64,000 nt of DNA from Hyaloraphidium curvatum SAG 235-1. Lineage: Eukaryota; Fungi; Monoblepharomycota. A model generated the notes under the pieces. The model was not told the origin of the DNA and made no database searches. It worked only from the letters and a program-made list of their open reading frames with translations. A program made the position numbers and the translations under genes. Location of the stretch: the NCBI GenBank assembly GCA_025558095.1, contig JAIVFI010000023.1:124001-188000 (forward strand). The letters run 5' to 3'. Of this stretch, positions 22,527 through 33,910 are shown piece by piece. Numbering within the stretch: the first letter of the stretch is position 1; every line of letters starts with the position of its first letter.

Positions 22527-23248
22527 TCAGGCCGACCTCCCCATGCCCTCGTCGGGGTCGACCTGGTTGCTTCCCCTGCCCAGCCCCAGCTGCGCGGGGT
22601 GCTCGACCTTGTGCCCGATCCCCACCGCATCCTTCACCCTGTCGACCAGCGAAGGTTTGGGCACCTCCTCCCGCTCCACTTGCCCCTCCTGGGGAACGGA
22701 GACCGGGATTCCCGTCACCTTCTCGAATTCATCCAGCACCGGCTGGGTATCATCGACCACCGGCCGGGCAAGCACCGCCTCGGCGGGCTTCTCGAGGGTG
22801 ACCACGGCGCCGCACGGGGGATGCAGCACCGTCTCGGGCACGGCGTCGCCGGCGATCGAGGGGTCGCGGGGTAGAACGTTGGCGATCACCACGGGGGGAA
22901 GCGGCACGCCCAGGGGTAGCGAGGGGCGGCGCCGGTGTGCGGGGAGTTCGGGGGGTTCGGAGGGCGGGAGGGGCCACGCGCCGGGGGGCCCGGCCGCGGG
23001 AGCCTCGGCCTCGTCGGGCCGCGAGGGGACCGCGACGGGCTCCGACTTGACGCCGAGGACGTCGAGGGAGTCGTCTCGGGGCGGAATGACGAGAGGAACG
23101 GACCTGAAGGACTGGCAAGGAGCGTTAGCTTCGGAGCGTGCTTAGGCAGGCGCGAGCGGTAGCTCACCACCGAGTCCCGCTCAGTGTCCCGCGCCTGCTC
23201 CTCGAACGCCGTCCAGCGGCGCTCGTTGGTGATTTCGTAGTTCGACAT
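22527..23248 (-). CDS. Hypothetical Pro/Glu-rich, probably disordered protein, 1 intron
   Basis: MSNYEITNERRW..ERDSV|GTGAGC..GCTAAC..CAG|SFRSVPLV splices in frame into ORF 22527-22907; no recognisable domain. Confidence 0.55.
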
Positions 23249-23846
23249 GGTTGCTTTGGTGTGCTTGTCTCGCGTGAGACTCAGCGGCGAGCGGCACGGT
23301 CCTTTTATCCCCGGTGCGGGTGGCTTTTCGGGCTTTCTACTCCGCGATCGTAGGGACACAGATGAACCAAGAATGGGAATTGGCGTTGCGTTCGAGGCAT
23401 GTGAGAGTCCGATCGCGAAGGAATCGTCTCGGGATGGCTTCCTATGTGTAGCGGAGGAGTGGGGTAGGTGCGTGAGGCAAGCATATGCCGGGGGCCGGCA
23501 GCCGTTCACGGAGAAGGACGGAATCGAGTTGAGCGAGGGCCCAGGATAGATCTCATCGATGTAATCCGTTGACATAAACACTGCGGAAACGGATTCTATT
23601 CACTAGGAGGACGCTACATGCCTCGGCGGCTCAGCGTTGGGCGACCGGAGACGGAGCACGGCGCGAACTTTCGAACATTCTGCCTCTGGAATCCCGCCTC
23701 GCGCAACCCCATTAGCGCGCTCGTCGGCCGTTCCTGCGCCGTTCTCCTTCTCTCCTCGTCCGGCGGGCCCCTCCCGGCGGCGTCTTGGCCCCCTTCGGCC
23801 CTCCCGAACGCGTGCGCGACTGTCTCCCCCTTCCGGAAAATCCGCC

Positions 23847-24343
23847 ATGGCCGAAGCCAAGCTGAACGATTTCAACGCGCGCTGGCTAAAGGCGTGGACC
23901 GACAAAGATGTCGAGCACCTGCTCAGCTTCTACGACGGTGGGATTGGCCTCCAGATGGCCCGACGGATCCGCTCACGCGGCCCGTCCGCCGGGACTAGAG
24001 AACGCGACGTACCGGGACCCCCAGACCGCCGACGGCATCAAGGGCCACGAAGCCCTGCGCGCCTACCTCACGAAGCTCTTCGGCGGACAGGGCCCGTGCG
24101 AGTACAGGCCACAGGCACTCTGGGTAACTGACGACGGCTATTGCGGCCGCTGGTACGCGACCCTGGAGCTGCCGGAGAACAAGAAGGTGTACCTGCGGGG
24201 CTTTGACCAGTGCGTGATGAACGCGGCAGGCGACAAGATCACCCACAACGAGGTGGGTTGAGGGTAAGGCGATCACGCCGGAGCTGACGGTCCTGAAGGT
24301 CTACGTGCACCCGCTGTCGGCGCTTCCGGCCGAGGCCAAGTAG
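23847..24343 (+). CDS. SnoaL-like/NTF2-fold protein, 2 introns
   Basis: FNARWLKAWTDKDVEHLLSFYD|ENATYRDP....GIKGHEALRAYLTKLF...RWYAT...GFD....GDKITHNE|VYV; stop 24341-24343. Confidence 0.85.
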
Positions 24344-24564
24344 TTTCGGAGATTGCATCGGCAACGGAATAGATCGTACGCCGCGGGAAGGACCCTAGCG
24401 CGTCCGAATGTTGTCCGGAGTTGATCGGTGCGCAGAATCAGCCGTGGGAGAGCACCGAACACACGCTTCCTCGTCAATCTCGTCTCTCCGCCTTCTGGGA
24501 GCCCGTTACCTCCGCTTTTTCACTCGATCTGCTACTTCACATCCCATCGACGCACCGTCGCGCG

Positions 24565-25366
24565 ATGGCACCGGGGTCCGACGTGTCCGTCGAGGTCTTC
24601 TTCGACTGCTCTTCCCCATGGTGCGCCCCCCCTCGGGCCCTACAAACTGCTTCCGGTACTCACCCGTTCGTGCCGTGAAGGACCTATATGTTGTTCCACA
24701 ACCTGCTGCGTTCCCAGGCCCGGATGGGCTACGCGGTCGCGTGGAGGCCCTTCGTCGTCGGGTTCGTCTTCAATGAAGTGAACCGGAAGCTGTACGAGGA
24801 CAGGTCCAACCCACCCGTGCCGCGCAAGGCCGAGTACTCGATGAAGGACATGATGGATTGGTGGGCGCCCCGCGGGATCCCGCTTTCTTTCGGGGTGCTG
24901 ACCGCTCCCGGTGCCAAGGGCCGCGCTCGCCGAGCTGGAGCTCAACTTCCCGCCCAAATGCGGGCACCCCGTCAACGCGGTCAAGTGCATGCGCGCGTGC
25001 GTGGCGGTGCAGCTCGCTAAGGGCGACGAGGCGATGGTCCGCTTCGCCAAGGAGGCGTTCCACGCGCTGTGGGTCGAGGGGCGGGACTTTGCTAAGGAGG
25101 ACGTGCTGCGCGACATTGCGAAGCGGGCGGAGATCGACGGGGACTGGGTGATAGGGCAGCTCGACAAACCCGAGGTCAAGGAGGGGCTGAAGAGGAACTC
25201 GGACGAGGTGATTGCCCGCAACGCGTTCGGGTCGCCGACCATCTACGTGGAGAAGACGGACATGTACTTCGGGAACGACCGGCTGGTGCTGGTGGAGGCG
25301 GCGATCCGGAGGGAGAGGAAGAAGAAGGGGATCGATCCGGAGAGGGGCGTACAGGCGCGGATGTGA
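24565..25366 (+). CDS. 2-hydroxychromene-2-carboxylate isomerase / kappa-class GST (DsbA-like thioredoxin fold), 2 introns
   Basis: VEVFFDCSSPW|TY, WRPFVVG.VF..VN, KDM.DWA, PVN.VK.MR, AFGSPT..V...MYFGNDRL; ends QARM*. Confidence 0.9.
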
Positions 25367-25700
25367 TTTGTTTGAATTAGGGTCCGCCGTGCCTCCTTTG
25401 TCCAATCACCGGTGTCCTCAGATCGCTTGCAACCTCAAAGCGACTCCGCGAAGGCCAGTCATCATCGTCGGTCCCACAGCATGCCGCTAAAGAGGCCAAT
25501 GAGACTAAACTGTGCCAAAAGGGAGGTCGAAGCGATTAAGGTTAGTCGAGGGCTCGCCGCGTGCCGAGTCGGAGGAGCTCTCGCGTCACCAAGTTCCAGC
25601 GCCGTTATAGCGTGAAAGCCAGTCCGACTAAACAGATCGAGAACGGCGAGGAATATGAGTAAATCTTGATTCCAAGACCGGCACACCGAGTCCGCCAATG

Positions 25701-26618
25701 CTAGCCTCCGTCTTTGCCCCTCAGCGAGGCCTCCAGCGCCCTCAGTCTCTCCACAAACACGAGCACGAGCACCGTGTACGGTCCGAAGCGTGCCAAGTTG
25801 GCCGGGTACCCCTTGAACAGTGCCCACGGCCCCTCTGCCCGTATGCTCTTGACCGCGCAGTCCCACGGCCCCGAGTAGAACAACCCCCTCCCCGTCTTGG
25901 GGTCCACGGGCTGGTTCATCATCCTAGCGGCCAGAAAATCAAAAGGCTGGATCGCGGTGACCGAGGCCAGCGACGCGCCGACCGACGCGGCGACCTGCTG
26001 CGCCCCCCGCGAGCCCAGGAAGTCGCGGTCGGCAAAGTAGGCCTTGAGCACGTCGTACGTGGCCAGCTGGACGGCGCCAAAGACCACCACGCGGGGCATG
26101 AAGGCGTCCAGGCCGCGGAACAGGCCCCTGAGGCCCTCTGTCCGCGCGATCGCGGCGAACTCCTTCAGCGCCGGCTTGGGAACGTGCTGCGTGCCCACGG
26201 CGCCCTCCGAGGTCGAGAAGACCTGGTGACGCGTCTTTATGGCGAACCAAGGGGCACCCGCAAGCGCCCCCACGGCGCCCGATAGCGCCGCCAGCGCCGC
26301 ATTCCGTGCCCACGCCTGCGCGCCCGTCTTAGCGCTGCCCTCCTTCGGCGGGAAGAACCGCTTGGCCATCTCGTAGGTCCCGAAGCGCGTCGCGGTCACC
26401 GAGAACTGCAGCAGATACGCCGCCGGCAGCCCGCGGTACAGCCCGCGCGCGCCCTCCTCGCGCGCGATGCGCAGCAGCCAGCGGAACGTGCCGCGGCGGT
26501 CCGCGGGCGAGTGCGAGCCGGCCTCGCCGCGGAACTGCGCGCGCGACTTGACCACGTCGATGGGGTGCACCAGCGTGATCGCCATCAGCGCCGCGACGCC
26601 GCCGTGGATGAAGTCCAT
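25701..26618 (-). CDS. Mitochondrial carrier, OAC1/SLC25A34-35-like (oxaloacetate/sulfate)
   Basis: Three Px[DE]xx[KR]-type repeats (HPIDVVKSRAQ, PWFAIKTRHQ, QPFDFLAARMMNQ), EG.RGLYRGL.AAY..Q, EG..ALFKG....ARFGPYT. Confidence 0.85.
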   Translation of the reverse strand: MDFIHGGVAALMAITLVHPIDVVKSRAQFRGEAGSHSPADRRGTFRWLLRIAREEGARGLYRGLPAAYLLQFSVTATRFGTYEMAKRFFPPKEGSAKTGAQAWARNAALAALSGAVGALAGAPWFAIKTRHQVFSTSEGAVGTQHVPKPALKEFAAIARTEGLRGLFRGLDAFMPRVVVFGAVQLATYDVLKAYFADRDFLGSRGAQQVAASVGASLASVTAIQPFDFLAARMMNQPVDPKTGRGLFYSGPWDCAVKSIRAEGPWALFKGYPANLARFGPYTVLVLVFVERLRALEASLRGKDGG

Positions 26619-27052
26619 CGCTAAGCGGCGTTTTCGCCTCCACCTGCGACGACGTGCTCGTGCCCAGGTCGACTTGGCGGCTTGTTTCCTTGTTGACCTG
26701 ATCGATCACCCGCCTGTTTCTCGCACCCTTGTAGATCGCCGCAACTACTGCGCTGTCAGCGCCAATAGTATCCTACATCTTGCCTTCAGGTTGCGACGGA
26801 TGTACTGTAGACCGAGTATTCGTCTTGCGGACGCCCTCTAGTGCATGCTGCATTGTGCGGTCGGCCTCGGGCTCCTTCAGACGCGATCGCCAGATGTAGA
26901 TGCAGAAGCAGCACGGTAGGAGGACTTGAAGCGAATTTGCCGTTTTGCCTGTGTCCGGTTACGCACCTACCCGTGTTTGCCAGTTCTTGCTGACTGATCA
27001 CTGGAGTCCTTGCGCTCCTTGCCACCCGCCTGCCTCCCACCAGGGCCCCGCG

Positions 27053-28901
27053 ATGGCGTCCGCCTCCGCCCCCGTCGCGACGCGTTCGGCGACTTCGGAG
27101 ACGCTGCTGTCGGACGTGACGGCGGTGGAGGACGCGGAGGGCGGGCCGGGGGAGGGGGAGAAAGGGGAAAAGGATGCCCTTGCGGAAACCGCGGCGGCCG
27201 CCGTGGAGCCCGAGGCCGTCACGCAGGCCGATCCGCCGGACCCGCCGCACTGGAGGACGAACATCGCGTTGCTCGTGTTGGGTGGGTGGCTCTGGTTGTC
27301 TTTCGGCGCACCGACCTCACCGTCTCTCGCTCTCCACCGTCGATAGCCTGGACTCTTGGCTGTACGTAGAAGCTGTCGCTCTCCCCTCGTCTCGCTGACT
27401 TTCGATCCAGACACGGCCCAGTTTATGCACTTCGCCGGCACGGTCGCCCTCGCCCGCGAAATGGGCGGCGAAGGCGTCGCCACCATCCCCAACGGCCTCA
27501 TCTTCGTCGGCGCCCTCATCTCTACGATGCCCATCTCGATCCTCGGCGAGCGCGCGGGGCTCAAAGTCTCGTACCTGGTCGGCACCTGCTTCGGGCTCAC
27601 CGGTGCAGGCCTGTGCCTCGTCGCCGTGTACCTGTACAGCTACCCCGTGCTCTGCGTGGCGCTGCTCTTCCAGGGCACGCAAGCCGCGACCACTTCGTTG
27701 CTCCGCTTTGGCGTCGGCGCCGTGTCGCCCAAGCGGTTCATGTCCAAGGCCGTTTCCTTCGTCGTCGCCGGCGCAGCGATCGCCTCCCCCATCGGACCGC
27801 AGCTGGCCATCCACACCAAGAATTTGATCCCCGCATACCCATTCATGGGCATGTACATCGTCATTTTCGGCATCATCCTCCTCATGAGCGCCACCTGCGC
27901 ATGCCTCCGCTTCCCGCCGGCCGGCCAGAAGCCCAAGGCGGGCTCGGAGGCCGCGGGGCCGCAGCAGGGCCGGCTGGCCATCGTCGGGGACTTTCTCCGC
28001 TCCAAGAAGTTCCTTATCGCCACCATCGCGGGGATGACGGCGTACGCCGTCATGGTCCTGATGATGGTTCGTTCCCTGCGATTCAATGCATGGCTCTTGT
28101 TCTGACGGCCCGCCTCGCAGGCCCCGGCCCCGCTCGCCATCCTGGGTGCAGGCTACTCGTTCGCAGACCAAGCCAACGTCATGATGGCGCACGTGCTGGG
28201 CATGTTCGTGCCCTCGTGAGTGCTGGCGGGCCAAATCAGTTGCGGATCGCGGTCCTAACGCTGCTGGCGCACCTCAGGCTCTTCACCGGCTTCCTCATCG
28301 ACCGCTGTGGGTCCCTGATCCGCTCCCCCCGCCCATTCGACTTACCGTACCGTTTTCAGTGGGCTCGATAACCATGAACATAATCGGAATGATCACCCTG
28401 ACCGCCGCCGTGGGCGTGCTCTTCGCCGGGAACCTCATGCCGGTGTGGTACGTCGGGGAGTGCCTCATCGGGATTGGATGGTGGGCGAGGCACCTCCACT
28501 TGGCAGTCCGCCGCCAGCTGACCGCGCCGTCGCGCCGCAGGAACTTCTCCTTCATCTCGGCCTCGAGCATCATCCTCAAGGGTGCCAAGCCCGGCCGCCA
28601 GCTCCAGACCATCCAGGGAGTCAACGACACCTTCATCCAGCTCCTCATGGCCGTCATCTTCATCGTCGCCGCGCCACTGTACAAGGCCGTGAGCTGGACG
28701 ACGATCGCGGCCATCTCGTGCTGCATGATCGGGCTCGCCGCGGTGTCGATCCTGGCCATCGCGCGGTTGCCAATGCGCGGGCTGCGGGACGACCTGTTCG
28801 GGGTCAAGGGGTACGTGAGGCAGCCCAAGGACGAGGAGATCGGTGTCGGGAAAGACGAGGTGGAGATGGGGACCAAGGAGGCGGCCGAGGGGAGCAAGTG
28901 A
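27053..28901 (+). CDS. MFS transporter, RfnT-like (bacterial type), multi-exon with micro-exons
   Basis: About 12 hydrophobic segments; R.G.K loop, LRF...., KAVSFVVAG, YAVMVLMM.PAPLA, HVLGMFVPSLFTG.LIDR, GIGWNF.FI, QG.ND; 15-nt exon 27347-27361. Confidence 0.8.
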
Positions 28902-29058
28902 GGCACCATTCGAGGCATTTGTACATACTGTCGCACAAGTCTGTTGGACACACATTCAAGAGGGAAAGCATGATATCCATCCGCGATTGAGAAGGGGTCA
29001 GTGACGCACTGGCCCCCGGGTCTCAATCCTCGGCGAAAGTCCCCCAGCACTGCGACAG

Positions 29059-30588
29059 ATGGCAGAGAAGGGGACGCCCATCGTTGATTTTACCGAGCCG
29101 GAGTGGCTCGCGATCGTGCCCTCACCGGCGGCACCCGGCGCGAGCTGGCTCTTCCACGACAGCGCCAACGATGTTCCCCGACCCCCGCTGGACAGGAAGA
29201 CCATGCTGCGCGAACTCGGGCGGCGCAGCCCGCTCCTGCGTCTCGACGTGAAACTGCACATGGTCATGGTGCCGTGGGCCTCCCGGATCATGCTGCGGGC
29301 TGCGGTTTGGGTCATTCCGGCGGTCATCGTCGTGCTGTCCTCGATCCCCTTCAACGACGGGCGCTATACGACGGCATCGCTGGCGGCAGGCATCGTTTCG
29401 AACTTGTGGTTCGTGATTGTCACGGCCTTGCCCGTTGTTTTTGGAGGACTGTCCCAGTTCTGGAAGTCGTTCGCGCGGGGAGGGACCGCCCGCGAGCCGG
29501 ACTACAATGTGCACGTCTTGGCGGGGCTCATCCGATGGTCCCAGCTCGTGGACGAGGATTCTGTCGATGGGCGTCGCGCGGCGGACGAACGCGAGTCTGC
29601 CGACCCTCCAAAGGCCGGCTCCATCCTGCTTCGACACTTCCCGTCGGATCCGCTCTGTCCGTGTGCTGCGCCAACCTGCGCGGGCCGTCTCGGAAAGAGT
29701 GCTTCGCTTCTGCGCCTTGCCGAAGCCTCGTCGCGGGTGCTTCTCGTGACGGCAAGCCTCATGATGGTGCTGACGACGCCTCTCGTCGTGCGCGCGCCCG
29801 TTTTCTGGACCTCCTCGTGGGCATTGCCTGGAGCGCTCGCATGGCTTGCAGCGGTGAACTACGTCTTTTTCAATGTCTTCGGCCGCTTTTCGACCAACGC
29901 GTCTCTCTTGCGCCTCACCCTCAGGATCCAGAGGCGCGCGATGCTTCTTTCCCTCCGCTCGTTCTTCGACAGATTCGAAGAGGCCATCTTCGGCGGCGAT
30001 GGTACGGCCACATCGGCGGGAGTGGCAGAATCTGCGCGGATCCCGGCCTCGGAACTCTACCCCAAGCTTCACTACCGCCTGGCCTCGAACTGGGAGCGCC
30101 GGATTCCGTTCCTTCTTTCCGGCCGCATCCTTCTTTCGCATATCTTTGCCGGAACTTCACTGCCCTTTATCGTTGATCTTGCCGTAGGCTCCTGCATCCC
30201 GGCCTATGTCGTTCTTTGCTATATCTACATCCTCTGCGTGCTCATCACCGACCTCACGCATCTCTCGCTGTCGAACGAGCAGATCGACGCCATCACCGAG
30301 CTCTACCGGCAGGCGCAGACCGAGATTCGGGACAAGCTGGTGCGGGCGCAGGCGCTCCCCTTCGACCCGGAGCGCGCGAGGCTGATGGACGCCCTGAGGG
30401 AACACGACAGGTTGCTGGCTTCGTTCCGCGAGGTAAACGTTTTCCGCGCAAAGTTCCTGGGGTTCGTCGTGGACTTTGCCGTGCTGAGGACTTTTCTCGT
30501 GACCGTCTTCACGGTGCTGGTCGGGCTGTGGTCTATTCTGCGGGGATCGTTCTTCTTTACGCTGGACTCGATGTGCCCCAGTCGATGA
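29059..30588 (+). CDS. Multi-pass membrane protein of a locally expanded family; candidate gustatory-receptor-like 7TM ion channel
   Basis: 509 aa intronless ORF with about 7 hydrophobic segments, conserved RWSQL and LCPC...CAG, a long helical loop, and terminal FRAKFLGFVVDFAVLRTFLVTVFTVLVGLWSIL. The CDS is well supported; the family call is inference. Confidence 0.75.
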   Translation: MAEKGTPIVDFTEPEWLAIVPSPAAPGASWLFHDSANDVPRPPLDRKTMLRELGRRSPLLRLDVKLHMVMVPWASRIMLRAAVWVIPAVIVVLSSIPFNDGRYTTASLAAGIVSNLWFVIVTALPVVFGGLSQFWKSFARGGTAREPDYNVHVLAGLIRWSQLVDEDSVDGRRAADERESADPPKAGSILLRHFPSDPLCPCAAPTCAGRLGKSASLLRLAEASSRVLLVTASLMMVLTTPLVVRAPVFWTSSWALPGALAWLAAVNYVFFNVFGRFSTNASLLRLTLRIQRRAMLLSLRSFFDRFEEAIFGGDGTATSAGVAESARIPASELYPKLHYRLASNWERRIPFLLSGRILLSHIFAGTSLPFIVDLAVGSCIPAYVVLCYIYILCVLITDLTHLSLSNEQIDAITELYRQAQTEIRDKLVRAQALPFDPERARLMDALREHDRLLASFREVNVFRAKFLGFVVDFAVLRTFLVTVFTVLVGLWSILRGSFFFTLDSMCPSR

Positions 30589-30649
30589 TGTGGAAGCATG
30601 AGGGGAAGAGAGCTTTGTCATGTTTTCTCTCTCTTGCGTTGCATGCGCA

Positions 30650-31639
30650 TTACAGGCGGCAGCTCCCATCCGGCGACGTGTACTGCACGATCGCGTAGCC
30701 GGCATTCCCGCCGTACCCTCCCTTCTGCGCGCCCTTCCCGGCGTCGGCCGGAGCGTCCAGCGTCCCCGTCGACAAGAAGCTCAGCGCACCCTTGCCGCCG
30801 AGCAGCACCGAGGGGTAATAGTACGAGCCGCCGTCCGTGCCGAGCGATCCGCCGGGCATGCCCTGCTTGGCGCCCGCGGTGCCGCTGGGCGTGCCGGAGC
30901 CGCCTCCCGAGCCGAAGCCGCCCCCGGAGCCGCCGTAGGCATAGGCGAACGAGGATTGGGAGTAGTTGCCGGTCGCGCCCTGCCCGCCCGTGCCCACGCC
31001 GGGTGCTCCGTAGCCGCCCTTCTCGAAGCCGCCGTTCGAGGCGTCGCCCGAGCCGCCGTTGCCGCCGTGGAATTGTCCGTTGCCGGCCTCCCCGCCGTTG
31101 CCCCCGTTGCCTCCCGTGGAGCCGCCGCCGCCACCGTATGCGCCCGAACCCCCACCACCGCCCGCTTTGTCCTTGCTCCAACCACCACCGGCGCCGCCAC
31201 CACCTCCGACCTTGACAAACAGGAACTGCGATGCCGGCAGCGTGATCGTGCCCTTGACCATAGCCCCGTTGCCGCCCGGGTTGTCGCCCGAGGCGCTTTT
31301 CCCTCCGTTGCCGCCCGCGGCGTAGTGCCGGGATCCCGACTTGCCGTCGGTGTCGGTCGGGTCCGAGGACACGGCGATGGCGGTCGATCCGCCGCCACCT
31401 CCCGAGCCGTGGCTTCCTCCTGCGCCGCCGCCGGCGCCGACGAGGGTGAAGGAGAGGGAAATGTCCGAGCTATACGGGTTCTGGGCCCAAAGGAAGGTGC
31501 GCACGTCTGTGGTGCAGGTTTTGGCCTGGCGCGGCGCGAGGGGCGCGGCCGAGACACCGCCGAGGAGGGCGAGGCCGGCAAGTCCAAGTGCGAGGCCGCG
31601 GAGGGGCGACGCGTTGCGGCGCGTGTTGTTCGAAGGCAT
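30650..31639 (-). CDS. Secreted glycine-rich domain protein
   Basis: Signal peptide GLALGLAGLALLGGVSA; LVGAGGGAGG...GGGGGSTAI...AAGGNGG...G..GAMVKGTITL...LFVKVGGGGG; typical of Gly-rich (ALK/LTK-like poly-Gly) domains. Confidence 0.75.
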   Translation of the reverse strand: MPSNNTRRNASPLRGLALGLAGLALLGGVSAAPLAPRQAKTCTTDVRTFLWAQNPYSSDISLSFTLVGAGGGAGGSHGSGGGGGSTAIAVSSDPTDTDGKSGSRHYAAGGNGGKSASGDNPGGNGAMVKGTITLPASQFLFVKVGGGGGAGGGWSKDKAGGGGGSGAYGGGGGSTGGNGGNGGEAGNGQFHGGNGGSGDASNGGFEKGGYGAPGVGTGGQGATGNYSQSSFAYAYGGSGGGFGSGGGSGTPSGTAGAKQGMPGGSLGTDGGSYYYPSVLLGGKGALSFLSTGTLDAPADAGKGAQKGGYGGNAGYAIVQYTSPDGSCRL

Positions 31640-32060
31640 TTTGAGACGCGTCTCGTTGGAAGAGGTGTTGCTTCGCTCGGGAGTTGGAGTAGTTCGGAGG
31701 CTCTGGTGACTCTTCGTGCTGGATGATGGACTGCCCGGCACCGCGGCTCCATTATATCTGCTCCCAGTCGGTTTTGGAGGTGGCGCCGGCGATGCATTGC
31801 GCAGAGTTCCGGGGCAGTTCTCGCGGCGGTTTTCGCGATGATCCCTTGCACAGCGCCGCTGCGCCTCGCTCGGTTGAAACCCGGCCCGAAATGCGCGGTG
31901 ATACGAAACACGTGCCTCTATATTCAGCTTCGGAGCTGTAGCAAACACCCAAGGCCTCGATCTGGGCAGATTCAGCGTCGATCAGCGCCCGGGTCGGATG
32001 GATGGATGGATGGGATCGGAAAATCTTCGTGTTGTCCTCTAGGTACCCCCGACACGCAGC

Positions 32061-33910
32061 CTACTCCGCAGTGCACGCCGCCGGGCTCTTCATCCGCACG
32101 TGGTACTCGCACTTGCTCGGCTCCGTCACCCCCTCGACCACGTTCTCGGCGCCGCACTCGACCCGCACGGTGGCGCTTCGCGCGGGCCCGTTCCAGCACG
32201 TGTCGCCGTGCTCCCACTTGAGCGTGGAGAAGCCGTCCGAGAACCCGGTGAAGGAGCCCAGGCCGGCGATGCGCATGTTGGTGCCGGCCGACTTTTGGGT
32301 GGCCTGGCCGTGCACGCAGAACTCGTACTTGTACCTGGAGAGGCGAAACCCGTTCAGCACCGGCGATGATTGATGCTCGCTGCACGCAACACCCACTCTC
32401 CCGCGACGCCCTCGAAGCATCCGTTCTCCCCGACGCCGGCCCACACCCCGCCGGGCCCGAAATCCTTCCCCGTCCACCCCTCGATCTCGCGCTGCTCGTT
32501 CTCTAGCTCCCGCAGCTTGGCCGCCGCGTCCTCGTACGCCCGCGTCTCGGGGAGCTCCTCCTCGTACTCCTCCTGCTGCGGCGGCGGCGGAGGAGGAGGG
32601 GCGGAGTAGTCCTCCTCCGGATCGGGGTAGTCGTTGTAGTCCAAATCCTCGTCCTTGGCCGGCGCCGCCTCGCCGCCGGCGGGCGGGGGGGCGTACTCCT
32701 TCGGGTAAGGGAAAAACTGCTCGTCGCCCTCCTTCTTCTCGCCGCTCTCGGCGGACGGCGGCGCCTCGCCGGCGGGAGGGGGGGCGGACGGCGGCGCCTC
32801 GCCGGCGGGAGGGGGGGCGTACTCCTTGGGGTACGGGAAGAACTGCTCGTCCTTCTTGCCCTCGCCCGCCGCCTCCGCTGCCGGCTCGGACGCGGGCTCA
32901 TCGACGGTCTCCACGTACGGTTCGCCGAGTGTGAATTCGGCACCGTCGCCGCCGTCGGTGCCGGTCTCGGGGGCGGCGGCGGCCGGCTCGGGGGCCGGCG
33001 GAGCGGGAGCAGGAGTGGGGGAGGCGGCGGCGCGAGTGGAAGCCCGGATGGCCTCGGCGACGTCCTTTTCGCCTGGAGACCGTACGTGCTTGAGCTAACG
33101 GGTCGTGCTTGCCGCGCACACGACACCTACCGCGCAGAATCTCGACCTTCCTTCGCTCCTCCTCGACCATGCCGCGTAGCTCGCTAAGCCTGGCCTCCTT
33201 CTCGGCCTTCTGCTTGGCGAACCCCTCCTCCCACTCCTTGCGCTTCTCCAAGCCCGCCTTGCGGATTTTCGCCGCGGCCGCCTTGGCCTCCGCCGCCGCA
33301 GCAGCCAGCGCGCGGCACGTGTTGGGGCACGGCGGCGGCATGTGCGGCGGCGCCACCTCGGACGAGCCGTCGCAGCATTCCGGGTCGCAGATGCCGTCGT
33401 CGACGAGCTTGGCCTCGATGTTTGCGGGCACATGACGCGGGTTCCGGCAGTGGAATCTATCCGCGGTGTGTGCAACAGTTGAACGGCGTTCGAAGGACGA
33501 AATTGAAATGCCAGACGATTAGCGATCAGAACGCCTCCAAGGCCATGCAGGACCCACTTTGCGCCCTTAATGTGCGCGCAGGCCGACGTGCCCGGCTCGT
33601 CCGAGCCGTCGGCGCAGTCGCAGTAGTCGTCGTTGACCCACGCCCACGGCACGACCGCGCCGTCCGCGCAGCGCCACAGCGGCTCCTCCTTGTCGAAGGC
33701 GGCCGACGTGCGGATGTGTGGCGCCAACGCGGCGAGCAGCGCGGCCGTCGGCGGCAGCGGCTCATACGCGCCGCGCTGCGAGTGGGGAACGCCACGCAGC
33801 TTCGGGTCCTTTGGCCGCGGCGGGGCGCTCTCCGACGCCGCCGCGAGGGCCAGCGCGGCACCCAGCACGAGCAGCACCGCGGACGCGCGGAGGAGGCCCG
33901 CACCCGCCAT
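32061..33910 (-). CDS. GTB1: Glucosidase II beta subunit (PRKCSH/Gtb1), multi-exon
   Basis: Signal peptide; VNDDYCDCADGSDEPGTSAC; VDDGICDPECCDGS; coiled-coil and acidic middle; MRH domain with KWEHGDTCWNGPARSATVRVECG..EPSKCEY. Confidence 0.93.
32665..32852 (-). repeat. Intragenic tandem duplications in GTB1 (DEQFFPYPKEYAPPPAG x2; PPPAGEAPPSA x2)
   Basis: Direct near-identical repeats visible at both DNA and peptide level. Confidence 0.85.

Noticed and set aside
8547-28901. Bacterial contaminant contig, operon, or a single biosynthetic gene cluster
   Set aside because: The genes carry spliceosomal introns, are mixed in orientation with eukaryotic genes, and include no PKS/NRPS/terpene backbone enzyme or coherent pathway.
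30650-30661. C-terminal CRL of the Gly-rich protein as a PTS1
   Set aside because: The protein has an N-terminal signal peptide; the match is probably coincidental.
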